Assembly (NCBI GenBank): GCA_041288045.1
Contig: JBGGMM010000183.1
Location: forward strand, 1-18,947
Reading direction: 5' to 3'
DNA: 18,947 nt
Source of the DNA: Pseudobdellovibrionaceae bacterium
GTDB taxonomy: Bacteria; Bdellovibrionota; Bdellovibrionia; Bdellovibrionales; Bdellovibrionaceae
Positions 1 to 7,028 of the stretch are shown piece after piece (positions within the stretch are counted from its first letter, which is position 1; every line of letters starts with the position of its first letter). The translations under genes were made by a program, and so were the position numbers. Under the pieces are notes generated by a model, which had not been told where the DNA came from, made no database searches, and was given only the letters and a program-made list of their open reading frames with translations.

Positions 1-1
1 G

Positions 2-307
2 CTGATGATTCAGTTGGCCTGGGGTGAGAAGCCGCCAGAGACAGGACTGGCGCGTTTGGGCTGGTTTGAGCCACCGGATCTGGCTTTGTTCTGTCAGTTA
101 AAGGCCATGTTTTTGCGTTTGTATGGAGAAGAAATCTGGGAAGGGTTTCGAATGTCGATGTCAGCCAAGCTTCCAGGCGAAGCGCAAGTGATTGAATCAG
201 GAAATTGCTTGAATTGCGAAAGTCTTAAAAAAGCATCCGAAGTTTTCTCACCCGAAGAGATCTGGGTGAAGTCGCTTTTCTCTCTTCGTTGCGATCAGTA
301 CCAGTAG
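2..307 (+). CDS. 3' part of a hypothetical protein, 5'-truncated by the window edge
   Basis: Frame is open from position 2 to TAG at 305-307. The translation looks protein-like (LAWGEKPP..LGWF..DLALFCQLK, CLNC, SLFSLRCDQY). Converges on the 328..534 gene. No family recognised. Confidence 0.7.
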   Translation: MMIQLAWGEKPPETGLARLGWFEPPDLALFCQLKAMFLRLYGEEIWEGFRMSMSAKLPGEAQVIESGNCLNCESLKKASEVFSPEEIWVKSLFSLRCDQYQ

Positions 308-327
308 GTCATCCCTGACCCTGAATC

Positions 328-534
328 TTAAATGCTGACCAATTCCAGTCGCTCCCAGCGAAGAGCTGAGCCCCGTCTTTGTGCTTTGCCTTTAAAGATA
401 AAGCGACGGTCTTCTTTGGATTCGATTCGGTAGATGCTGGATTTTTCCCGTAAGACATTCCAGTCCGACGGATTGAGGCCAAAAGCCTTTAAATCCTGAT
501 TGAGTGATGCGACTTGATCGAAAGTGAATAGCAT
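328..534 (-). CDS. Small hypothetical protein (68 aa)
   Basis: ATG preceded by AAAGGGGG SD-like sequence. Fills the gap between neighbours. Sigma54-like element upstream. Confidence 0.7.
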   Translation of the reverse strand: MLFTFDQVASLNQDLKAFGLNPSDWNVLREKSSIYRIESKEDRRFIFKGKAQRRGSALRWERLELVSI

Positions 535-562
535 AAAGCCCCCTTTGTTGCCGGGACGCTAT

Positions 563-603
563 TTCAAAGCTCAGACCAACAATCAAATGTCTGAAACCTG
601 TCT
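563..603 (-). promoter_or_regulatory. Possible sigma54-like promoter (TTGG-N10-GA, variant -12) preceded by two AGACA repeats 11 bp apart
   Basis: Minus strand reads AGACAggtttcAGACAtttgattgtTGGtctgagctTTGAa. GG at 577-576 and GA at 565-564; canonical -12 would be GC. Confidence 0.3.
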
Positions 604-672
604 CCATTCGTTCTCAGGTCCGGATCCCAGAAAGTTCATAGACGACCGTCCAAGATTGTGGAAAATGGAAGA

Positions 673-1092
673 ATGAAAAAAAGAAACAGATTTCGCAATT
701 ACCTGAGCCTTGAAGCTTTGGTCATTCTTTTGGTGATTGGCTCTTTCAAAGTGATTCCAGATAAAAGGACAGCATCCCTGTTTGCGAGCTTTCTTTTCAT
801 TTCCAGTTCGCTGGCAATTCTTTACTGGGAAACCCGAACAGAAAATTTCAAAAAGCGAGCTTCATTTTGGGGAGCGCTGGGATTTCTCGTTTTCAGTGCC
901 CTGCCAATTTTGGCTTTGCGATTGATCTACTGGGAAATGCCCTTTGAAGAAATCCAAATGGGTCCCATCACAGGTGCAGATATGCACAAGTACGCGAACT
1001 ATGTTTTCTTTTTGATGATGGTTTGCTTTTTTGTCGATGCGCAAATGGAGCGAGTGAAAGAAAAAGAGAATCTGCTCAATCAGCAGCAATAA
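673..1092 (+). CDS. Hypothetical integral membrane protein (~4 TM helices)
   Basis: Four hydrophobic segments and a basic N-terminus (MKKRNRFR). ATG 673 preferred over GTG 658. Ends at a terminator. Confidence 0.8.
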   Translation: MKKRNRFRNYLSLEALVILLVIGSFKVIPDKRTASLFASFLFISSSLAILYWETRTENFKKRASFWGALGFLVFSALPILALRLIYWEMPFEEIQMGPITGADMHKYANYVFFLMMVCFFVDAQMERVKEKENLLNQQQ

Positions 1093-1121
1093 AAAAAGCC
1101 GAATTCTTCAATTCGGCTTTT
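1091..1121. terminator. Bidirectional intrinsic terminator
   Basis: Perfect 12-bp stem AAAAGCCGAATT-cttc-AATTCGGCTTTT (1094-1121) with A/T tracts on both sides, between the convergent membrane-protein gene and rpsR. Confidence 0.9.
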
Positions 1122-1147
1122 GCATTCTCAATTCAAATTCAAAATTC

Positions 1148-1417
1148 TTAGATTTCGAATGGAACTGGAGAGATCGAGTCTGAGCGGTGGAAAGAATCGT
1201 AAGCGGCCATTCCAGTTGGAAGAAGAGCTAAATTACGAGCTTTCTTCACAGCAGCAGCCACTTGCTTTTGCTGAGCTAAGCTGAGCTTTGCAATTCGAGC
1301 GGGAGTGATTTTGCCACCATCGCTGACAAAGCGAGTGAGGCTCACTGGGTCTTTATAATCAAAGAGATGGTCTCCGCTAAATTCCTGGCGATATTTGCTA
1401 CGTGAATTCTTTTTCAT
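1148..1417 (-). CDS. rpsR: 30S ribosomal protein bS18, Cys-free form
   Basis: FDYKD..L.RFVSDGGKITPAR...QQKQVAAAVKKARNLALLP signature. SD AAGGA upstream. Confidence 0.96.
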   Translation of the reverse strand: MKKNSRSKYRQEFSGDHLFDYKDPVSLTRFVSDGGKITPARIAKLSLAQQKQVAAAVKKARNLALLPTGMAAYDSFHRSDSISPVPFEI

Positions 1418-1449
1418 CTGCAGTCCTTTTCAATTTCAAACGAGGTCCT

Positions 1450-1499
1450 AGGATATACTTGAAATTGGAGTTGCCAACAAGCTTCTTTTTCGATAGACA
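1450..1499. promoter_or_regulatory. Candidate back-to-back sigma70 promoters for rpsR and rpmB
   Basis: Plus strand: TTGCCA(1471-1476)-N17-TAGACA(1494-1499). Minus strand: TTGGCA(1477-1472)-N16-TATCCT(1455-1450). The -35 boxes overlap in the palindrome GTTG-C-CAAC. Confidence 0.45.
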
Positions 1500-1529
1500 C
1501 GAGAATTCTTGATCCAAGGGAGAACTCGT

Positions 1530-1823
1530 ATGAGCCGATGTGAATTGACTGGAAAAGGCCCAGTGGTGAAAAACCTCGTGAGCCACTCAAATATCAAAAC
1601 GAAATCAACTGCGCAGCCAAATGTGCAGAAAAAACGTATATTTAGCCGTGTTTTGAACCAAATGGTCCGCCTGCAGATTGCGACTAGCGCCATCCGTGAC
1701 ATGGAACACATGGGGGGCTTTGACACATTTATCTTGAATCAGGATGACAAGGCCCTTTCAAAAAGAGCTTTGGATGTTAAAAATCGCATTCGCCGTAAAA
1801 TGACAACAAAGAAAAAGGCGTAA
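1530..1823 (+). CDS. rpmB: 50S ribosomal protein bL28, long single-Cys form
   Basis: MSRCELTGK....N.VSHSNIKTK...PNVQKKR signature. ATG 1530 with SD AAGGGAG; the ORF-track start at 1509 is over-extended. Confidence 0.96.
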   Translation: MSRCELTGKGPVVKNLVSHSNIKTKSTAQPNVQKKRIFSRVLNQMVRLQIATSAIRDMEHMGGFDTFILNQDDKALSKRALDVKNRIRRKMTTKKKA

Positions 1824-1833
1824 AGAGGAAACC

Positions 1834-2106
1834 ATGGCAAACAAATTGAAAATCCGCAAAGGCGCCACAGTCCAAGTTCTCACCGGTCAAGACAAAGGCA
1901 AAAAAGGCAAAGTACTGGCTGTTGATTCAACAAAAATGAAAGTCAAAGTCGAAGGCGTAAAAGTCATGACCCATTTCGATAAGAAAGACGGTCTGAAAAA
2001 GCTCGAAGGTTTCGTGGATTATTCCAATGTGAAACTTCTCGAGAGCGCAACTCCAGCTGGAAAAAAGAAAACAGCAAAGAAAAAGACGGCGAGTAAGTCG
2101 GCTTAA
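1834..2106 (+). CDS. rplX: 50S ribosomal protein uL24, short form with Lys-rich tail
   Basis: KOW motif KIRKGATVQVLTGQDKGKKGKV...VKVEGV and the downstream YSNV motif. SD AAGAGG. Begins 10 nt after the rpmB stop. Confidence 0.88.
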   Translation: MANKLKIRKGATVQVLTGQDKGKKGKVLAVDSTKMKVKVEGVKVMTHFDKKDGLKKLEGFVDYSNVKLLESATPAGKKKTAKKKTASKSA

Positions 2107-2135
2107 TCTCTCTGCAAAAATATGAAGAAAAAATG

Positions 2136-2160
2136 AAAGGCTCGGAAACGGGCCTTTTTT
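2136..2160 (+). terminator. Intrinsic terminator after rpmB-rplX
   Basis: AAAGGCTCG-GAAA-CGGGCCTTT stem (one G-U pair, GNRA loop) running into a T tract. Confidence 0.85.
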
Positions 2161-2212
2161 ATTTTCCAAAGCTGAAATTCAAAGATAGTTCGAAGAAGCT
2201 AAATCCAGTCAG

Positions 2213-2380
2213 TAACAAGAATCCCAAACCAGATCTCCGCCCAAAACTCGTGGGTCGGTCGTCCTGACACGTTCATCCTGGAAATGCGGCCATCCATGGC
2301 CGCATTTCCAGGATGCACAACTAGGAGGGTTGACCCGGACGGAGACGGGGGTTTTGCTGTGGTTTGCTAGTCTTAAGTTA
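2213..2380 (+). repeat. Nested inverted-repeat element (structured RNA or MITE/REP-like element)
   Basis: Perfect 20-bp IR CATCCTGGAAATGCGGCCAT-cc-ATGGCCGCATTTCCAGGATG (2274-2315), with further nested complementary arms outside it. The structure is directly visible; its identity is unknown. Confidence 0.75.
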
Positions 2381-2504
2381 TAGAAAAGCTGGGGTTGGGG
2401 GCGTAGATGTCGGAAACTAAAAGCTATTTTGGTGAGATCTAGCCAAAAGTCTCCTTGAGCCAAAGCTTGAAAAATCCGTATCAGAAGAGGACAACGGAGG
2501 AGTT

Positions 2505-2864
2505 ATGAAACTGGCGGCGGTGGTATTCAGCATGATGTTTGGATGGTCTTTGGCAGGATTTGCCGAAGAGGCACCCGCATCGACTCCGCAGACCACAACA
2601 CCAACTGCAACTGGCGAAAAAGATCCCACTTACCTGATCTGCAAGCTTAAGGGCATGGTTCGCACTTTGCGTGTGCAAAAGCAAAAGGGTGGTCCTTGCA
2701 TCACGACCTATACCAAAGATGGCGTCGATCAAGTGGTCAGTGAATCCTGGATCTCAAATCGATGCTCCAAAGTTCTTGTGAACATCCGCGGAAATCTAGA
2801 AAAAGCGGATTGGAAATGCAAAGACATCAGTGAGGCCCGAGTCTCATCCTCGGAAAAGGAATGA
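2505..2864 (+). CDS. Secreted hypothetical protein with 4 Cys
   Basis: SD GGAGGAG, Sec-type signal peptide (..AGFA|EE), Thr/Pro linker, 4 Cys. ATGA overlap with the next gene. Confidence 0.85.
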   Translation: MKLAAVVFSMMFGWSLAGFAEEAPASTPQTTTPTATGEKDPTYLICKLKGMVRTLRVQKQKGGPCITTYTKDGVDQVVSESWISNRCSKVLVNIRGNLEKADWKCKDISEARVSSSEKE

Positions 2865-3673
2865 ATTCAAAACTGACAATTGCGGTTTGCCAGATGACGT
2901 CAGTCGATGATGTCGATCTGAATTTTCAGCAGATGGAATTTCTTTTGAATTCCATTTCAAAACCTTTTGATCTCGCTTTTTTTCCCGAAAACTGTCTGTA
3001 CATGCGCTTGAAAGAAGGCGAAAAAATCGAAGGCCTCAGTTTGGAAGCTCCGATTTTCACCAAGCTGGGCGAAATAGCCAAAAAAAAGCAGGTAACTTTG
3101 CATTTGGGATCAGTGCCTCTGAAGGACAATGGCAAGCTTGCCAATGCTTCTGTCACTGTTTTTCCTGATGGAAAAGCCAAATGCACTTACAAGAAGGTCC
3201 ACCTTTTTGACATTGCCTTGGAAGGCCAAAAACCCATTCGCGAATCCGATGTTTTCAGTCATGGCGGAGGGCCCTCATTGCTCGAAGCCAAGGACTGGAA
3301 AATCGGTCAGACCATTTGCTATGATGTGCGTTTCGCAGAATTGTATTCTTATTACGCTAAATTGGGAGTCGATCTGATCGTGGTCCCGGCCGCTTTTTTA
3401 GTGAAGACTGGGCAGGCGCATTGGGAAGTTTTGCTGCGAGCCCGAGCCATAGAAAGCCAGTGCTATGTGGCTGCGGCAGCACAAGCAGGAACACATCACA
3501 ATCGTGGCAATGAGCGAAAAACCTATGGTCACAGCGTGATCATCAGTCCTTGGGGGGACATTTTGGCCAAAGCCTCCAGTGATCGTCCCGAAGTGCTTTT
3601 GCTGGATCTTGATAAATTCGAAATTGAAAAAGTGCGAAAGCAAATTCCGATGCAAAGCCACAGGCGTTTGTAA
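2861..3673 (+). CDS. Carbon-nitrogen hydrolase, Nit1/YbeM-like (putative deaminated-glutathione amidase)
   Basis: Catalytic triad motifs FPEN (E), YKKVHLFD (K), ICYDVRF (C). Also TG.AHWEVLLRARAIESQCYV and TYGHS...PWG. Confidence 0.93.
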   Translation: MNSKLTIAVCQMTSVDDVDLNFQQMEFLLNSISKPFDLAFFPENCLYMRLKEGEKIEGLSLEAPIFTKLGEIAKKKQVTLHLGSVPLKDNGKLANASVTVFPDGKAKCTYKKVHLFDIALEGQKPIRESDVFSHGGGPSLLEAKDWKIGQTICYDVRFAELYSYYAKLGVDLIVVPAAFLVKTGQAHWEVLLRARAIESQCYVAAAAQAGTHHNRGNERKTYGHSVIISPWGDILAKASSDRPEVLLLDLDKFEIEKVRKQIPMQSHRRL

Positions 3674-3703
3674 GCTCAGCGGCTTCAGCTGAAAAGCGTG
3701 ACA

Positions 3704-3731
3704 TTGCCAACAAATTCCATTCAAATAGAGT
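3704..3731 (+). promoter_or_regulatory. Candidate sigma70 promoter
   Basis: TTGCCA-N16-TAGAGT, 21 nt before the ATG at 3753. Shares TTGCCAACAA with the rpmB candidate promoter. Confidence 0.4.
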
Positions 3732-3752
3732 CCATAACCGAGGAGTCGAGTC

Positions 3753-4004
3753 ATGAAAATTTTGATTTCGCTATTTCTCATTTTTGCCGGCAGCGGAGCT
3801 TGGGCTGATGATGATTCACAGACCCATGCGCTTTTAACCGCTGAAGAGCAAGAGATCCATTTGCGAGCAAAAAAGCGTCTCTATCCCGGTGGCCAGGACG
3901 AGGATTCTCTCAAAGTCCAAAGCCAATTGCCACAGGTGACTCGCAAAGTGGGCCCGACCACGGAAGCCCCAGAAGCCGATTCTCCAGATGCAGCAACGGA
4001 TTGA
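3753..4004 (+). CDS. Small secreted hypothetical protein
   Basis: SD GAGGAG, signal peptide MKILISLFLIFAGSGAWA|D, core RLYPGGQDEDSLKVQ, acidic tail. Confidence 0.8.
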   Translation: MKILISLFLIFAGSGAWADDDSQTHALLTAEEQEIHLRAKKRLYPGGQDEDSLKVQSQLPQVTRKVGPTTEAPEADSPDAATD

Positions 4005-4026
4005 TCCGCAAACGAAGGACTGAAGC

Positions 4027-5778
4027 ATGGCTGACAACAGTGACCTGCCAGAAGGCGTGACCCGAGAACAAATGGACGTGGATGTTTTGATTGTCGGCGG
4101 CGGAGCAGCCGGACTTTCCTGCGCTCTTCACCTGTCCAAGCAAATCGAAAAACACAATCAAGAAGTTTCCGAAGGTAAAAAGCAAGGGTCACCAATCCCT
4201 GAGCAAATGATTGTGGTCCTCGAAAAAGCGTCCGAAATCGGAGCCCACAGTTTCTCAGGAGCTGTCTTAAAAACCGCAGCTTTGCAGGAGCTCATCCCGA
4301 ATTACAAAGAAGAGGGTTGTCCTCTTGAAGCCGAAGTCACCTACGATGCGGTTTATTACCTGACAGAAAAAGGCAGCATCAAATCGCCAATCACGCCGCC
4401 GCCTTTTCACAACAAGGGAAATCACATCATTTCTCTTTCCAAATTCAATCGCTGGCTCGGCGAAAAATGCGAAGCTCGCGGAATCAATATTTTCCCAGGT
4501 TTTGCCGCTGTCGAGGCGCTTTATGAAGGCGACAAAATCGTTGGCGTTCGGACTGGTGACAAAGGCCGCGACAAGTCTGGAAAGCCAAAAGCGAATTTTG
4601 AACCAGGCCTGATTTTAAAATCCAAAGTGGTCGTCTTTGCCGAAGGCCCTCGAGGCTCACTCTTCAAGAATGTTTCCAAAAAGCTCAATCTGCGTGATGG
4701 AAAAAACGAAGAGGCCTTCGAAGAAGGAGTCAAAGAGATCATTCAGATGCCAGCAGGTACGGTGACTCCAGGACAAGTGATCCACACTTTGGGGTTTCCG
4801 CTGAAGAAAAGCATCGGCGGAACTTTCATCTACACTTTGCCGGGTGATAAAATCATCGTCGGTCTGGTGGCCTATTTGGACACCAAAGACCCACTCTTGG
4901 ATCCACACCGTGAATTGCAGAAATTGAAAACTCATCCCTTCTTGCAGAAAATGCTTCAAGGTGGAAAAGTCATCGCTTACGGCGGCAAGACCTTGCCGGC
5001 TGGTGGCTATTATTCAATGCCGAAGCTGGCTGGAGATGGTTGGATGGTCACTGGCGATTCCGCCTCGATGATTGACGTGCAAAAGCTGAAGGGCATTCAC
5101 CTTGCCATGAAATCGGGAATGCTGGCGGCAGAAACGGCACTCGAAGGAATCCTCAAGCAGGATTTCTCTGAACAAACTTTAAAAGCCTATTCCGCCAAAG
5201 TGGAGCAGAGCTATATCAAAAAAGAGCTCTACCGAGTCCGCAATTTCCATCAGACATTAAGCAAAGGGGTTTTTGCCTCAATGCCTTTGATTGCCCTTCA
5301 AGAAATCACCGGGGGGCGCGGTCTTTTTGACAACCAGAAAGCCCACAACGATGCCGGCACGACCCTCAAAGTCCCGGAAATTTGGGGAACCATCGAAGGC
5401 TTAAAGCTCCCGGAAAATCAGATCCCGAAACCCGATGGCAACCTGTTCTTTGATAAGCTCAGCTCGGTCTATCTGACCGGGACCATGCATGATGAGGACT
5501 CTCCAAACCACCTGCTTTTGCAGAATGGGGATATCTGCCGGAATGTCTGTGAGCCCCAGTACAAATCGCCTTGCAATCATTTTTGCCCGGCGAGTGTGTA
5601 TGAAATGGTGCCGGCCCGAAATGGCGAAAAACATGAAGATGGCCGGTCTAAGTATGATTTACAAATCAACTACACCAATTGCATCCATTGTAAGACTTGT
5701 GATATCAAGTGCCCATTCGAAAACATCGACTGGACAGTCCCCGAAGGCGGCGGCGGTCCACGCTATCGGGAGACATAA
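4027..5778 (+). CDS. Electron transfer flavoprotein:quinone oxidoreductase (ETF-QO/FixCX-like)
   Basis: FAD motif DVLIVGGGAAG, plus GAHSFSGA, GDSA....KLKGIHLAMKSG and the C-terminal FCPA.VY...NCIHCKTCDIK...W..PEGGGGP.Y. Confidence 0.96.
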   Translation: MADNSDLPEGVTREQMDVDVLIVGGGAAGLSCALHLSKQIEKHNQEVSEGKKQGSPIPEQMIVVLEKASEIGAHSFSGAVLKTAALQELIPNYKEEGCPLEAEVTYDAVYYLTEKGSIKSPITPPPFHNKGNHIISLSKFNRWLGEKCEARGINIFPGFAAVEALYEGDKIVGVRTGDKGRDKSGKPKANFEPGLILKSKVVVFAEGPRGSLFKNVSKKLNLRDGKNEEAFEEGVKEIIQMPAGTVTPGQVIHTLGFPLKKSIGGTFIYTLPGDKIIVGLVAYLDTKDPLLDPHRELQKLKTHPFLQKMLQGGKVIAYGGKTLPAGGYYSMPKLAGDGWMVTGDSASMIDVQKLKGIHLAMKSGMLAAETALEGILKQDFSEQTLKAYSAKVEQSYIKKELYRVRNFHQTLSKGVFASMPLIALQEITGGRGLFDNQKAHNDAGTTLKVPEIWGTIEGLKLPENQIPKPDGNLFFDKLSSVYLTGTMHDEDSPNHLLLQNGDICRNVCEPQYKSPCNHFCPASVYEMVPARNGEKHEDGRSKYDLQINYTNCIHCKTCDIKCPFENIDWTVPEGGGGPRYRET

Positions 5779-5837
5779 GGCCGTTTGTCTGCGGCCTTGA
5801 GGGAAGCTCCCGATGGAAACACCAGAAGGGAGCTTGA

Positions 5838-6962
5838 ATGCCACAGTTTTTGGCGTCCACAGCAAAAGGTCTCGTTGATCCACTTGAAATTGAATTGCAG
5901 AGCTTGGGTTACACCAATCTCAAAAAAATGTCCTCCGGAGTCTTTTTTGATTCCAATTGGGAAGGCGTCTACAGATTCAATCTGCAATCCCGATTGGCTT
6001 CCCGAATCTTAAAGCCCGTATTGGATTTCCCGGCTTACAATGGTGAAGAGCTCTACCACAATATTCGAAAACACGATTTCACCAAATACATCGATCCCAA
6101 ACAATCGATTAAAATCGAAGCAACAGTGAAAGACTGCGCGATGAAAGATCAGCGCTTTGTCGCTATGAAAGTCAAAGACGCAGTCGTCGATCAGTTCCGC
6201 GAAGCTTTTGATGTCAGGCCTGACGTCGACACCGAAAATCCTGATTTAAGAATTTACGTGAAGGCCATCAAAAATCATTTTCATGTGATGATCGATACCA
6301 GCGGCGACTCCCTTTTCATGCGCGGCTACCGCAAAGAAACAGGTGTCGCCCCGATGAAAGAAAATTTGGCGGCAGGCCTCGTGTTGCTGGCTGAATGGGA
6401 TCAAAAATCACCGATCGTCGACCCCATGTGTGGTTCTGGAACGATTTTGATTGAAGCTGCGATGATCGCATTGAATATCGCTCCTGGATCGCATCGAAAG
6501 CATTTTGGATTTATGTCTCTGAAAGGTTTTGACGAAGCGGCTTGGGAAAAAGCAGTGGATGAAGTGGCCTCGCAGGAAAAAGAAGATCTTGAATTTAAAT
6601 TCTACGGCTTTGATCTGGATCGCAAAGTCCTGCAAGCAGCCAAAGATAACGCCAGACGAGCCGGAGTTGATCACGTCATTCAATTTAAATCTGAAAGCAT
6701 TGCCACCGTAGCTCCGCCAGTTGAGAAAGGTCTTTTGATCACCAATCCTCCCTATGGGGCCCGATTGGGAGAAGAAGATCTTCTGCGCGATGTTTACAAA
6801 GATCTGGGGTACACTTTGAAGCATCGATTCAAAGGATGGGATGCTTGGATCCTTTCTGGCAATAAAGATTTGATCTTGGATATGCATCTGAAAGCCTCTC
6901 GAAAACACTTTGTTTACAACGGGCCTCTGGAGTGCCGATTCCTCAAATACTCTATGCACTAA
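5838..6962 (+). CDS. rlmL: THUMP-domain rRNA methyltransferase, RlmL-like (23S m2G2445)
   Basis: DTSG.SL..RGYR, AP.KENLAA, DPMCGSGT and catalytic NPPYG motifs. Stand-alone, with no RlmK half. Confidence 0.88.
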   Translation: MPQFLASTAKGLVDPLEIELQSLGYTNLKKMSSGVFFDSNWEGVYRFNLQSRLASRILKPVLDFPAYNGEELYHNIRKHDFTKYIDPKQSIKIEATVKDCAMKDQRFVAMKVKDAVVDQFREAFDVRPDVDTENPDLRIYVKAIKNHFHVMIDTSGDSLFMRGYRKETGVAPMKENLAAGLVLLAEWDQKSPIVDPMCGSGTILIEAAMIALNIAPGSHRKHFGFMSLKGFDEAAWEKAVDEVASQEKEDLEFKFYGFDLDRKVLQAAKDNARRAGVDHVIQFKSESIATVAPPVEKGLLITNPPYGARLGEEDLLRDVYKDLGYTLKHRFKGWDAWILSGNKDLILDMHLKASRKHFVYNGPLECRFLKYSMH

Positions 6963-7028
6963 AAAACTTTTAACCGCTCCTTTGTTTCGCATTGTCCCTC
7001 TCTTTGTCTTTTGCCAAGGGAGGGCAAT

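Noticed and set aside
1129..1147. Short AATTC/AAATTC/AAAATTC repeats
   Set aside because: Low-complexity AT-rich spacer, too short to support a function.
1418..1529. Zur box controlling the C-minus ribosomal genes
   Set aside because: No match by eye to known Zur/Fur-type AT-rich palindromes. The dyads present have a different geometry.
2213..2380. Identification of the element as 6S RNA, SRP RNA, tRNA or a CRISPR repeat
   Set aside because: No SRP GNRA/GGAAGCAG motif, no cloverleaf and no repeat-spacer periodicity. A perfect 20-bp apical stem is unlike 6S. Only an Rfam search can formally exclude these.
2209..2463. 84-aa minus-strand ORF over the palindromic element
   Set aside because: No recognisable motif or SD. 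The sequence is better explained by the inverted repeats.
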